64,000 nt of DNA from Gemmatimonadales bacterium (GCA_035488835.1 DATHKX010000057.1:21149-85148), one strand, 5' to 3'; counted from the first letter of the stretch, positions 45,309 to 58,016 are shown. Numbers and translations are program-made. Notes: generated by a model from the letters alone, not told the origin.

Positions 45309-46828
45309 ACCCGATCCCCGTGCTGTCCGCGACCGAGGCCGCCGCCTGGGATTCGGCCGCCCGCACGCAATACCGCATTCCCTCCCGCGTGCTCATGGAG
45401 ACCGCGGGACGCGCGGTCGCGCACCTCATCGTGCGCGACTATCCCGCCGTGCTCGGCCGCGGGGCGCTGGTCGTCGCCGGGGCGGGGAACAACGGGGGAG
45501 ACGGGTGGGTGGTGGCGCGCGCGCTGCATGCGAGCGGCGTCGCCGTCTGGGTGGCCGCGCTCGACCCCAAGACCGACGACGCCATCGACAACCGCGCGCT
45601 CGCCCGCATGGACGGCGCGCGCGAGACGGGCCGGGAAGAGCCGTGGCCCGCCACGGCCGTGGTGATCGACGCGCTGCTCGGCACCGGCGCCGCCGGACCG
45701 GCGCGCGGCGACGTGCTGGCGCTGGCCCAGCGGCTGGTCGCGTACGGAGCCCCGGTCGTCGCGATCGACGGCCCCACGGGACTCGACCTGTCGAGCGGCG
45801 AGGCACACGGGCCGGTGCGCGCCGAGCTGTCCGTCACATTCGGGGGCCCGCGCCGCGGCCACCTGCTCGCGCGTGAGTGGTGCGGCAAGATCGTGGTCGT
45901 CGACATCGGGCTGCCGCCCGCCGATCCCGTATGGCCCGTGCTGGTAACGGACGCGTGGGCGGGGGCGCGGCTGCCGAAGCTCACCCCGACGATGCACAAG
46001 GGCGACCGCGGCCGCGTCACGGTGGTCGGCGGCGCCAACGGCATGACGGGCGCCGCGCTGCACGCCGCGCGCGGGGCGCTCGCGGCCGGCGCGGGGCTCG
46101 TGAAGCTCGTGGCCGCGAAGGAAACGATCGAGGCGGCGCGCTCGAGCCTCCCCGACGTGCTCACGGTCGAGTCGGCGCTCGGCCCCGAGCTCGAGGCTGA
46201 GGCGGCGGAAGCACTCGAGTGGGCCGACGCCCTCGTGATCGGTCCAGGGCTGGGCCGCGAGCCGCCGCGCGCCCAGTTCCTCCATGCTGCGCTGGCGCGC
46301 CGCCCGATCCCCACCGTGCTCGACGCCGATGCCCTCACGCTGTTCCGCGGCCCCGCGGAGCGGCCGGTGGTGCTCGCGCCGCACCTGGGCGAGTTCCGCG
46401 CCCAGTTCGGCGACGAGCTCGCCGACGCGGCGGCGAACGACCGTTGGGCAGCCGCGGCGAAGGCCGCTCAGAAGGTGAAGGGCACCGTGCTCCTCAAGGG
46501 CGTGCCCACCGTCATCGCCGACCTGCGCGGGCCGATTCACGTGGTCGCGAGCGGCAACCCGGGACTCGCCACCGGCGGCTCGGGCGACCTGCTCGCGGGC
46601 TTCATCGGCGCCTTCCTCGCGCGCGGCAGCGCGGGGCCCGAGGCCGCCGCGCTGGGCGCCCATGCGCTGGGCCGGGCGGCGGAGCACGGCGCGCGCCAGT
46701 GGACGGCTCGCAGCCTGCGTCCCGCCGATGTCCTGGCCGCGCTGCCCGAGATCTGGCGCGCGTGGACCAACACGCAGCCGGTGGGGCCTCCCGTGCTCAC
46801 GGTCCTGGAGCCGCCGGAGACGGCGTGA
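45305..46828 (+). CDS. nnr: Bifunctional NAD(P)H-hydrate repair enzyme (epimerase/dehydratase)
   Basis: The GTG overlaps the upstream stop. YjeF-N motif VVAGAGNNGGDGWVVAR and C-terminal carbohydrate-kinase motif GGSGDLLAG. Confidence 0.88.
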   Translation: MNPIPVLSATEAAAWDSAARTQYRIPSRVLMETAGRAVAHLIVRDYPAVLGRGALVVAGAGNNGGDGWVVARALHASGVAVWVAALDPKTDDAIDNRALARMDGARETGREEPWPATAVVIDALLGTGAAGPARGDVLALAQRLVAYGAPVVAIDGPTGLDLSSGEAHGPVRAELSVTFGGPRRGHLLAREWCGKIVVVDIGLPPADPVWPVLVTDAWAGARLPKLTPTMHKGDRGRVTVVGGANGMTGAALHAARGALAAGAGLVKLVAAKETIEAARSSLPDVLTVESALGPELEAEAAEALEWADALVIGPGLGREPPRAQFLHAALARRPIPTVLDADALTLFRGPAERPVVLAPHLGEFRAQFGDELADAAANDRWAAAAKAAQKVKGTVLLKGVPTVIADLRGPIHVVASGNPGLATGGSGDLLAGFIGAFLARGSAGPEAAALGAHALGRAAEHGARQWTARSLRPADVLAALPEIWRAWTNTQPVGPPVLTVLEPPETA

Positions 46829-47786
46829 CGCGCCGGTCACTCCGCCTGGGCTCAGGGGGTGAGTTCGACCGCCTGCGCGCCATTTTCGCGGCGCTCGGCG
46901 CCGCGGGCCGCGACCTGGGTGACGATTGCGCGCTGCTCCCCGTCGGCGGCCGGACCATCGCGATCAGTATCGATCTGTCGCTCGAAGCGGTGCACTTCCG
47001 CACCGACTGGCTCTCGTTTCGAGAGATCGGCTGGCGCGCGACGGCGGCCGCATTGTCGGATCTCGCCGCGGACGGCGCGACCCCGCTCGGGGTCCTCGTT
47101 TCCCTCGGCGTGCCCGGCAACCGGCAACGGCGTCCCGGCAACGCCTCACCCGCCGTTCAGATCATGGCGGGAGTGGGATCCGCCGCCCGCAGCGTCGGAG
47201 CCAAGGTGCTCGGGGGCGACATGGCGCGCTCGCCCCGCTACCTCGTGGACGTCTGCGTGCTCGGGCGCGTCGCGCGGCCGGTGCGGCGGAGCGGCGCGCG
47301 TCCGGGTGACGGGCTGTGGGTCACGGGGCGGCTTGGTGGTGCGGGGCTCGCGCTCGCCGCGCTCCGGGCGGGCCGTCGCCCAGCGCCGACTGTACGGCGC
47401 CGCTTCGCCCGTCCGGTACCGCGCATCGCCGCGGGGCGCTGGCTGGCGCGGCGTGGAGCGCGCGCCATGATCGATATCTCCGACGGGCTGGCGGGGGACG
47501 CGGGGCACCTCGCGGCGGCGTCGGGCGTCGGGATTGCGATCGAGCTGGAGCGCGTTCCGTGCTGGCCGGGTGTCACGCCGCGCGCGGCCGCGGCGAGCGG
47601 CGAGGAGTACGAGCTGCTGGTCGCCCTGCCGCGCAGCTTCGGAACCGCGGGCGCCCGCGCCTTTCGCCGCGCCACGGGGCTGCCCTTGACGCGCATCGGC
47701 GCGTGTACCGCGGGCCGCGGCTTGCGGATCACCCACGAGGGGCGACTGATCACGCCTCCCCGCGGCTTCGATCATTTCCGCGCGCG

Positions 47787-47790
<4 letters not shown>
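46825..47790 (+). CDS. thiL: Thiamine-monophosphate kinase
   Basis: The GTG overlaps the nnr stop. GDDCALL, AIRS-family N and C domains, and DISDGL. Confidence 0.85.
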
Positions 47791-50129
<2,339 letters not shown>

Positions 50130-50132
50130 GTG

Positions 50133-50786
50133 CTATCGTGCTCCCACGATGATGGCCAGGCTGATCGCTTCCAGCGTCTCGCTTCCGCTGCCGCCTCTCC
50201 CTACCGCCGCGTCGTCCATGCGATAGGCGAGGCGCAGCGAGAACGGTCGCTGCGGCGGTCGGTACACCACGCCCGCCTCACCGCCCTGCACCCGGCCGGC
50301 TCCCGCCACCAGATTCACCTGCGAGGACAACGCTCGCCACAGCTCGACGTAGCTCGTCAGGCTCGCCGTCACGATCGGCGCATCCACGCGGGCCCGGGCC
50401 TGCCAGAAGACCCACCGCTCGGTGACGGAGTCCGTGACGTAGGCCCGCACGAAGGGACCGACACTCATTTCGAGCCAGGGGAGCGGCCGCGCGGAGACGA
50501 CCAACCGGCCTTCGATCAGATCGCGTTTCACGGCCTGATCCGCCGTCTGCAGCGTGCCGCTCGAGAGGCCCAGTCCCACAGCGAACCCGTTGAACACGAG
50601 TCGGCCCTCTCCGCCGAGCACCGGCCCGCGCAATCGAACGGGACCGGCGGCCCCGGCCGCCGCCGAATCGCTCCGCATCCACACAAAGCCGGCGTCCCCG
50701 CGGAACGCCAGGGTCGGCCGACCCTGCGAGCGAGCGACGGCCGTCGTGGCGATGGCCAGGATTCCGATCAGCCCGAGGGTCCTCAT
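50133..50786 (-). CDS. Secreted hypothetical protein, possibly an outer-membrane beta-barrel
   Basis: Signal MRTLGLIGILAIATTAVARSQ followed by an alternating-hydrophobicity pattern. No family recognised. Confidence 0.5.
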   Translation of the reverse strand: MRTLGLIGILAIATTAVARSQGRPTLAFRGDAGFVWMRSDSAAAGAAGPVRLRGPVLGGEGRLVFNGFAVGLGLSSGTLQTADQAVKRDLIEGRLVVSARPLPWLEMSVGPFVRAYVTDSVTERWVFWQARARVDAPIVTASLTSYVELWRALSSQVNLVAGAGRVQGGEAGVVYRPPQRPFSLRLAYRMDDAAVGRGGSGSETLEAISLAIIVGAR

Positions 50787-51829
50787 GGGGATCCTCGCTC
50801 CGCGATGGTCTCGGGTCCGGCGCGGACGACCAGGCGCACCGTGCGCAGGCGGGCGGCGTTCTCCGCCCTTACCGCATCGAGCTTTTGCTTCCAGGTATCG
50901 CGCAGCGATGCGTTCGCGCGAACGTTGGCGTCGAGCGGGCGCGGCTTCCGTGCGAAAAAGCCGACGAATCCGGCGACGCCCACCGTCGCGCCGACGGCAA
51001 AGCGTGCCCCGGTCGCGTCCTTGCCCGGCGCCAAAATCGACGGCAGCGCGACGGCGGCGGCTCCGGCGACGAGCCCCGCGGCGAGCGACCGGAAGGCCGG
51101 ACCGCTCGACATCCGCTCGGGCAAAAACGGCGGCTCTGGGGGCCAGGCGAGCGTATCGGGCAGCTCCCGCTTGACCTCGAGCACGACCTGGCGCGCGCGC
51201 GGCCCATCTGCCGTGGGGGTCTGCGGCGTTACCCGCAGGACGTAGCGGCCATTATCGGCAGGCGCCCCCGCCGCCGTGAGGCCGTCCCATGCCACGACCT
51301 GGCTGTCGGCCACCGGACCGCTGTACAGCTGGCGCACCGGTGTGCCGTCCTCCTGCGCGAGCGTCACCGTCACGTCCGCGAGCGAGCTCGCGAGCACGCG
51401 GGCGGTGAACTGCTCGAGCCGGGTCCGCAGCTCGGTGACGGGCGGTACCGCGACCGCGATCGCCCTGGTCGCCCGGCGAACTTCCTGAAACAGATTCGTG
51501 ACCTGCGGTGGAAAGATCAGCTCGTCCGGCCGATAGCGCGGGTTGAGCAGGACCAGCTGGCGGAACGCGGCGACGGCGGAGTCGCGCTGTCCCCCGAACA
51601 GCTCCGTCGCCGCGAGGTACGTGAGCGCCCGCGCCCGCAGCGAGTCGGCCAGCCCCGCGGCCAAATCGCGTCCCAGGCTCCGCTCGAGCAGGGCCGCTGC
51701 CGCATCGTAGTCCAACGCCTGATAGGCTCGCACGCCCGCTCCCAGGAGATCGCTCGCCGACTGGGCACGCAACGCCCGCGCTCCGCACAGCGGCAGCGAC
51801 AAGGCGAGAACGAGGGTGGCGCGCGTCAC
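50783..51829 (-). CDS. Secreted TPR-like plus Ig-like (FlgD-Ig-like) domain protein with C-terminal TM
   Basis: Signal MTRATLVLALSLPLCGARALRAQ and the central pattern VTVTLAQEDGTPVRQLYSG...WDGL...NGRYVLRV. The start overlaps the upstream gene end by 4 nt. Confidence 0.5.
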   Translation of the reverse strand: MTRATLVLALSLPLCGARALRAQSASDLLGAGVRAYQALDYDAAAALLERSLGRDLAAGLADSLRARALTYLAATELFGGQRDSAVAAFRQLVLLNPRYRPDELIFPPQVTNLFQEVRRATRAIAVAVPPVTELRTRLEQFTARVLASSLADVTVTLAQEDGTPVRQLYSGPVADSQVVAWDGLTAAGAPADNGRYVLRVTPQTPTADGPRARQVVLEVKRELPDTLAWPPEPPFLPERMSSGPAFRSLAAGLVAGAAAVALPSILAPGKDATGARFAVGATVGVAGFVGFFARKPRPLDANVRANASLRDTWKQKLDAVRAENAARLRTVRLVVRAGPETIAERGSP

Positions 51830-51832
51830 GGG

Positions 51833-52426
51833 CTAGCGCTCCACCAGCGTGATGTCGGTGATGCGGAGCCGCTGCCCTGACGCCACGTCGATCACGCGGT
51901 CGTACGGCCGGTAGCCCTCGCGCTCCACCCGCAGCCGGTGCCGGCCGGGCGCGACCGTGCGATCGGACTGTGGCGTGTTCCCGATGCGCTGATCATCGAG
52001 GTACACGCTGCCCCAGGGGACGGCGTTCACGGAGAGGAGACCGGGTTCCAGGCGGGGCCGCTCCACCCGCGCCGGGGGACGGGGGGAAGGCGGCGCCGGT
52101 CGCTTCGCGACCGGGGCACGCGGCGCGACGGTGGGACGGGTCGTGCGCGCCGGCGGTGATGTCGCAGATGGAGGCGACCCGGGATCCAGCCTGGACGGCA
52201 CGAACGTGTCGCTCCTCGCACTCGCGGGCGCGCTGGCGACCGGTTCTCGACTGGCCGGGGACGCGGGAATCGAGGAACTGCCTAGCCACACTGCGCCGCC
52301 AGCGAGCGCGACCAGGAGGCCCACGGCGACGGCAGCGACCCGCCCGCGGAGGCGATTCGTCGCTGGGTCCGCGTCGAAGTCGATGAGTACGACCGGTGGG
52401 CCCGGCCCTTGGTCGGGGCAGCCCAT
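51833..52426 (-). CDS. PEGA-domain membrane-anchored protein
   Basis: C-terminal VNAVPWGSVYLDDQRIGNTPQ...VAPGRHRLRVEREGYRPY matches the PEGA pattern. An N-terminal TM and a Pro-rich linker are present. Confidence 0.65.
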   Translation of the reverse strand: MGCPDQGPGPPVVLIDFDADPATNRLRGRVAAVAVGLLVALAGGAVWLGSSSIPASPASREPVASAPASARSDTFVPSRLDPGSPPSATSPPARTTRPTVAPRAPVAKRPAPPSPRPPARVERPRLEPGLLSVNAVPWGSVYLDDQRIGNTPQSDRTVAPGRHRLRVEREGYRPYDRVIDVASGQRLRITDITLVER

Positions 52427-52769
52427 CAGGGTCCCCCGACGTTGAAAGGCGCACTCTCGGTGCCATCCAGCGGGGAGCTGCGCGCCACCAGGGTGTAATC
52501 GCTGATCCCCGACTGGTCGATGCTCAGGTCTGCGAACAGTGCTCTCATGGCCTGCTCATCGAGCCTGCAAGCGTCGCACCGCGTCGGTGCCGGTTCGCGA
52601 GGCCGGTTGGGGCGGATCTCGAGGGTCGGCAGGCGCCACGTGTTGGATCGGTGCAACGGGTGTTTCGGGCGCCCAACGGTCTGGGGGCCTTTGTTGCATT
52701 CTGCGGGCGCCAGCTAGGCCGCCACTCCCGCCGTCGCGGCGGGCCCGCTAGGTTCTTCCCCTGCAGCTC

Positions 52770-52843
52770 GGCGGCGTAGCTCAGCTGGTTAGAGCAGCGG
52801 AATCATAATCCGCGGGTCGTCGGTTCGAGTCCGACCGCCGCTA
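52770..52843 (+). tRNA. tRNA with CAU anticodon (elongator Met, or Ile2 if lysidine-modified)
   Basis: GGCGGCG-TA-GCTCAGCTGGTTAGAGC-A-GCGGA-ATCATAA-TCCGC-GGGTC-GTCGG-TTCGAGT-CCGAC-CGCCGCT-A. It lacks the initiator hallmarks (no C1/A72 mismatch, no GGG/CCC anticodon stem). Confidence 0.85.
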
Positions 52844-52864
52844 CTGAGTAGCACTAAGGAGCCC

Positions 52865-54781
52865 ATGTCGCGTCGCTTCTTGTGGCCCTGCGGGCTCTTC
52901 GTACTACTCCACCTCCTCGTTGCCTCGTGCCGCTCTCCCCAGGCGCCGGCCTGGTTGGTCGAGCGAGCCCGCCAGGAAGCCGAGCTGGCCGCGCGCTCAC
53001 AGGTGGCTCACGACTTCCGGTTCACGGATCGGAGACAGGCTAGCGGCATCACGTTCGAGAACCGGGTCGTCGACGACGCGGGCAAGGACTACAAGCTGGT
53101 TCACTACGACCACGGAAGCGGACTGTGCGCCGCGGACGTCGATGCCGATGGTCTCCCCGATCTCTACTTCGTCACACAACTCGGCACCAACGAGCTCTGG
53201 AAGAACCTGGGTGGCGGTCGGTTCGTGAATGCCACTGCCGGGGCGGGGCTAGAGTGGCCCGACGCGATCGCGGTGGGATGCGCGTTCGCCGACATCGACA
53301 ACGACGGCGATCCCGACCTGTTCGCCACGACGGTGCGCCATGGCAATCGTTTGTACGAGAACCTCGGCGGCGGGACGTTTCGCGATATCACCGCACAGGC
53401 GGGCGTGGGATACGTCGGCCACTCCTCCGGCGCCGTGTTTTTCGATTATGACGGCGACGGCCTGCTCGATCTGTTCGTGACCAATGTGGGTGTGTACACC
53501 AGCAACGCGCGGGGTCCGGGCGGCTACTACGTCGGTCTGAGTGACGCGTTCATGGGCCACCTCCACCCCGAGCGCGCCGAAGCGAGCATTCTCTACCACA
53601 ATTTGGGCGGCAACCGCTTCAAGGACGTCACGCGCGAAGTCGGGCTGGTGGATCTGAGCTGGAGCGGCGATGCCACGGCGCTCGACATCAACGATGATGG
53701 GTTCCCCGACCTCTACATCCTGGACATGCAGGGAGGGGATCACCTCTGGCTGAACGAGGGCGGGAAGCATTTCCGCGACGCGACCACGACATACTTTCCG
53801 AAAACCGCCTGGGGCTCGATGGGGGTGAAGGCGTTCGACTTCGATGGCGATGGCCGGCTCGACCTCTTCGTCACCAGCATGCACCCGGACATGTGGGTCA
53901 ACATCGCGCCGGGCGACTGGAAGGCCGAGGGTCGCAAGGCCGACTCCTCGACCGTGGCCGCCGGGATGATTCCCGAAGGGAAGGCGCGCTTCATCTTCGG
54001 CAACGAGCTGTTCGCAAACCGCGGCGGCCGATTCGCGGAGGTGTCAGACTCGGTCGGCGTCGAAACGTATTGGCCGTGGGGGCCGAGCGTGGACGACCTC
54101 AACGCCGACGGATGGGACGACATTTTCATCGCCGCGGGTATGAACTTCCCGTACCGCTATGGCATCAACTCCCTCCTGCTCAACCAGGGAGGTCACCACT
54201 TCCTGCCGAGCGAATTCGTGCTGGGGGTCGAGCCGCGAGCGAACGGCGCTACGCAGCAGGTCTGGTTCACCATCGATTGCAACGGCGCGGGACTGCTCGA
54301 TCGTTGGTGTGAGGCGTGTTCCAAACCGACGGCGATTGCCGTGGGGTGTCGACTCGATACCGCACGCCGCCTGACCATGATGGGCTCGCTCGGTACGCGC
54401 GCCGCGGTCGCGCTCGACCTGGATGGTGACGGTGATCTCGACATCGTGACCAACGAGTTCAACGCCGGTCCCCAGGTGCTGGTGAGCGATCTCGCGCAGC
54501 GACATCGCATCCACTTCCTCAAGGTCCGCCTCAGGGGCACGCGCTCGAACCGCGAGGGGATGGGTGCGCAGGTCACCGTCGTGCTACCCGACGGGCGTCG
54601 GTTGCTGAAGGTCGTCGACGGAAAGTCGGGATACCTGTCCCAGAGCGACCTGCCGCTCTACTTCGGTCTTGCGGACGCCGACCACGCCGGATCGATCGAA
54701 GTGCGTTGGCCTTCGGGTCGACGCCAGAGCGTGGTCGGCCCCCTCAAGGCCGGTCAGACCATCGAGGTGATCGAGCCGTGA
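52865..54781 (+). CDS. CRTAC1-family protein (FG-GAP/VCBS repeats plus ASPIC/UnbV domain)
   Basis: Repeated D.DGD.DL motifs (DADGLPDLY, DNDGDPDLF, DYDGDGLLDLF, DFDGDGRLDLF, DLDGDGDLDIV) and a C-terminal GYLSQSDLPLYFGL. A signal peptide is present. Confidence 0.85.
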   Translation: MSRRFLWPCGLFVLLHLLVASCRSPQAPAWLVERARQEAELAARSQVAHDFRFTDRRQASGITFENRVVDDAGKDYKLVHYDHGSGLCAADVDADGLPDLYFVTQLGTNELWKNLGGGRFVNATAGAGLEWPDAIAVGCAFADIDNDGDPDLFATTVRHGNRLYENLGGGTFRDITAQAGVGYVGHSSGAVFFDYDGDGLLDLFVTNVGVYTSNARGPGGYYVGLSDAFMGHLHPERAEASILYHNLGGNRFKDVTREVGLVDLSWSGDATALDINDDGFPDLYILDMQGGDHLWLNEGGKHFRDATTTYFPKTAWGSMGVKAFDFDGDGRLDLFVTSMHPDMWVNIAPGDWKAEGRKADSSTVAAGMIPEGKARFIFGNELFANRGGRFAEVSDSVGVETYWPWGPSVDDLNADGWDDIFIAAGMNFPYRYGINSLLLNQGGHHFLPSEFVLGVEPRANGATQQVWFTIDCNGAGLLDRWCEACSKPTAIAVGCRLDTARRLTMMGSLGTRAAVALDLDGDGDLDIVTNEFNAGPQVLVSDLAQRHRIHFLKVRLRGTRSNREGMGAQVTVVLPDGRRLLKVVDGKSGYLSQSDLPLYFGLADADHAGSIEVRWPSGRRQSVVGPLKAGQTIEVIEP

Positions 54782-54880
54782 GGGTTCCGCCCCCAGGTCC
54801 TTGACCCCTGCTTGACCAGCCGAAACCAGATTGGCACGGCACGTTGACTCTTCTCATGGCTCTCAAACGCGGGTGTCGAT

Positions 54881-55390
54881 ATGCTCCGCACCGTTGCTGT
54901 CTGCTCGATCGCGCTGTTCGCACAAGGCATGGCGGCTGCCCAACGACTGGCGCCGCCCGTTGGCACGAGGATTCGCGTTACTCCTGTCGACGCCAGCGCA
55001 CCGTATCTGATCGGGACCGTAGTCGGACAGACGGGCGACACTCTCGTAGTCCTTTCCGAGCCACGCGACACGGTACGTGTTACGCTCGCGACTCTCGATT
55101 TTCTCGAAGTGAGCGGAGGTCGGCACGGACACGTCGGGAGAGGAATGGGACTCGGGTTCCTTGTTGGAGCCGCAGGAGGTGCCGCGATTGGCGCCGCAGC
55201 GATCGATTCGGAGTGGCGTGGGGTCGGGGCGCTTCTCGGTGCCGGGGTCGGAGGATTGGGCGGTCTGCTGGTCGGGGCGGCGGTCGGAAGCGCCGTTCGG
55301 ACGGAGCGCTGGGATGCCGCTCCCGGGTGGGACCTGGGGGTTTCGGTCTTGAGGGGCGGGGCTGGGTTCAAGGTGGCGATTCGGTTCTAG
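54881..55390 (+). CDS. Secreted hypothetical protein with Gly-zipper membrane segments
   Basis: Signal MLRTVAVCSIALFAQGMAAAQ and C-terminal GLGFLVGAAGGAAIGAAA...GAGVGGLGGLLVGAAVG. Confidence 0.5.
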   Translation: MLRTVAVCSIALFAQGMAAAQRLAPPVGTRIRVTPVDASAPYLIGTVVGQTGDTLVVLSEPRDTVRVTLATLDFLEVSGGRHGHVGRGMGLGFLVGAAGGAAIGAAAIDSEWRGVGALLGAGVGGLGGLLVGAAVGSAVRTERWDAAPGWDLGVSVLRGGAGFKVAIRF

Positions 55391-55395
55391 GCTTC

Positions 55396-55435
55396 AGGTT
55401 GGCCGGAGGCAAGTGAGCCCCCGGCCAGCCAACCT
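55396..55435. terminator. Hairpin between convergent genes (possible bidirectional terminator)
   Basis: aggttggccgg ... ccggccagccaacct forms an imperfect stem with a 4-nt bulge. It lies between the stops at 55390 and 55457. No clear U-tract is present. Confidence 0.35.
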
Positions 55436-55456
55436 TCAACCAAACTCCTTTCGCAA

Positions 55457-56068
55457 TCACTCGCGGTCCTGTAATCCCCTCCACACCACCGGCCGAACGT
55501 CGCCCGAGCGCTCCGCGGCGTACGCCTGCGCGGCGTGGAGCAGCGCTTCGTACTCGGCCCGCCACTCCGGCGGCATGTTCGCGCGGAAGTGAGTGGCGGT
55601 CATCACCGAACCCGTCGCGCCGCGGGCGGCGCCGTGACCCACGGCCACCACGTCGCCCAGGAAGCAGGTGGAGCTCCCCGTATCCATCACGTTCGCCACG
55701 CGGCACTCGAAGTGCGCGTAGCAGTCGTCGAGCACCGGCACGCCCAGCGCGCCCGGCCGGTGCGGGACGTCGGCGAGCTTGTCGCGCGCGCGCCCGCTCG
55801 CGAACCCGAGGCGGTGGATCAGCTCGAACTGGTCGTCGCGCAAGAGATGCAGCACGAAGCGGCCGGTCTCGAAGATCAGGTCGTGGCTGTAGTTGAACTT
55901 GTGGATGTAGACCGACACGCGCGGGATCGCGGGCACGATCGACGCGCGAACCGCGCTGTCGGCGATCATGCCGTTGCGCTTCCCACCGCGCTCGGACGTG
56001 ATCGCCACGACCGGGGAGGTCAAGTTGCGCAACAGCTGGTAGATCTGGTCGGGCTGCAGGATTGGCAT
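55457..56068 (-). CDS. Flavin reductase-like (FMN-binding split-barrel) protein
   Basis: LTSPVVAITSERGGKRNGMIADSA pattern. 203 aa. Confidence 0.72.
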   Translation of the reverse strand: MPILQPDQIYQLLRNLTSPVVAITSERGGKRNGMIADSAVRASIVPAIPRVSVYIHKFNYSHDLIFETGRFVLHLLRDDQFELIHRLGFASGRARDKLADVPHRPGALGVPVLDDCYAHFECRVANVMDTGSSTCFLGDVVAVGHGAARGATGSVMTATHFRANMPPEWRAEYEALLHAAQAYAAERSGDVRPVVWRGLQDRE

Positions 56069-56147
56069 GGCCCATATTTACGACTGCGCCGGAGCGGCGG
56101 GCAAGGCGCGCGGCCGCACCCGCCCCGCCAATCATTTATACTACAGC

Positions 56148-57506
56148 ATGACGTCGCTGCTGTCGCGCCTCCGCGACCACCTCGAACGCACCCGCCTCCT
56201 CGGGGAGCCCGGGATCGCCGTGCTGGCGGTGTCAGGGGGCGCCGACTCCGTAGCGTTGCTCGACCTGCTTCACGGCCTTGCTCCCGAGCTTGGCCTGTCG
56301 CTCGTCGTCGCGCACGTCGATCACGGTATTCGACCGGACAGCGGGGCGGTCGCACGGGCGGTCGCTCAGCTGGCCGAGCGCTACGAGGTGCCGTTCGAGG
56401 TCGGGGAGCTGAGTCTCGGTCCTGACGCCACGGAGACCGTCGCGCGCCGGGCGCGCTATGGGTGGCTCGGCGCGGTCCAGCGCCGGCACGGCGCGCGCTA
56501 CCTGCTGACCGCGCATCACCGGGACGACCAGGTCGAGACGATTCTGCTCCGGCTCCTGAAAGGGAGCGCGCCGGCGGGCCTCGCCGGCATCCCGGCGCGC
56601 GGGCGCGGCGGGCTCGTGCGGCCGCTACTCCCGTTCGCGAAAGCGCGGCTCCTGGCGCATGTCGCCGAGCTCGGCCTCCCCGTTCACGATGATCCCGCGA
56701 ATCGCGACCCGCGACACCTGCGCAGCTGGGTGCGCGGCGAGCTCCTGCCGCTCGTCGCGGAGCGGCTGGGGGCGCGCGCGAGCGACGACGTGCTGCGCGC
56801 CGGGCGGGCGGCGGCGCGCGAGAGGCGCGCCTGGGACAGCGTCCTCGACCACCTGCCCGATCTCGGACTGCGCGTCGAGCCGCACCGCATCGAAGTTGCC
56901 CGGGGGGGATTGGCCCGCTATGATGACGTCCTGTCCGCGGCGCTGTTGCGGGCCGCGGCGCGGCGTACCGGCCTGGTGCTGGGCGTGCGTCGCGCCCGGC
57001 AGCTGGTCGAGTTGGCGCGCCGCCCGTCCGGGCGGCGGCTGTCGCTGCCGGACGGCTGGATGGCGGAGGTGGCGTTCGATCGCCTGCGCGTGACCCGCGC
57101 GGTTCAGGACGCCGCCGTCGAAGTCGTTCCGACCGGTGAGCGGGGCAGTGCGGTGTTCGGCGAGTTTCGCGTGGCCTGGACGCCCGATCCGGCGCCGGCG
57201 CGGCTGCCGCGGACGGACTGGACGACGTGGATTGCGGGAGCGAACTGGGAAGTGCGGTCGCCCCGTTCGGGCGACCGGCTGGTTCCGCTCGGCGGCATCG
57301 GGCGGCGGCCGCTGCGCCGGATGCTGATGGAAGCGCGAGTGCCGCGGAGCGACCGGTCGGGCTATCCGGTCGTGGCCCGCGGCGAAACCATTCTGTGGGT
57401 GCCGGGCATCTGCCGGAGTGCTGCCGATCTCCCGCGGCCCGGAACCCGGGCGGTACGGGTGGATGTTACCAAGCACAGCGGGTCTCAAGCAGACGGGCGG
57501 GCGTGA
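56148..57506 (+). CDS. tilS: tRNA(Ile)-lysidine synthase
   Basis: The internal ATG at 56148 gives MTSLLSRL.... The PP-loop VAVSGGADSVALL is present, and the gene precedes hpt and ftsH (conserved order). Confidence 0.85.
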   Translation: MTSLLSRLRDHLERTRLLGEPGIAVLAVSGGADSVALLDLLHGLAPELGLSLVVAHVDHGIRPDSGAVARAVAQLAERYEVPFEVGELSLGPDATETVARRARYGWLGAVQRRHGARYLLTAHHRDDQVETILLRLLKGSAPAGLAGIPARGRGGLVRPLLPFAKARLLAHVAELGLPVHDDPANRDPRHLRSWVRGELLPLVAERLGARASDDVLRAGRAAARERRAWDSVLDHLPDLGLRVEPHRIEVARGGLARYDDVLSAALLRAAARRTGLVLGVRRARQLVELARRPSGRRLSLPDGWMAEVAFDRLRVTRAVQDAAVEVVPTGERGSAVFGEFRVAWTPDPAPARLPRTDWTTWIAGANWEVRSPRSGDRLVPLGGIGRRPLRRMLMEARVPRSDRSGYPVVARGETILWVPGICRSAADLPRPGTRAVRVDVTKHSGSQADGRA

Positions 57507-58016
57507 GCTCAAGCGGATCGTCTTCGACGAGGAGACGATCGCGCGGCGGGTCCGCGAGCTCGGCCAGGAAATCACCGCGGCGTACCCGGACGGCGAGCTG
57601 CTGGTGCTCGGTCTCCTCAAGGGAAGCTTCATTTTCCTGAGCGATCTCGTGCGCCGCATCGAGCGGCCGCTCCAGGTGGACTTCCTGGTGGCGGCGAGCT
57701 ACGGCGCCGATACGATCTCGAGTGGGAATGTCCGGCTGCTGTACGACCCGGAAACAGAGCTGCGGGGTAAGCACATCCTTCTGGTCGAGGATATCGTCGA
57801 TACGGGAAAAACCCTCAACCGACTGGTGGCGCTCCTGCGCGAGCGCGCGCCACGGAGCCTGGAAATCTGTGCCTTGTTGCACAAGCACCTGGCCGAGCAT
57901 CTCGAGCTCGAGCCGGCGTTCGTCGGGTTCGACGCTCCGCGGGTGTTCCTCGTGGGGTACGGGCTCGATCACGCCGAAAACTTCCGGCACCTGCCGTACG
58001 TGGCGAGCCTGACCTG

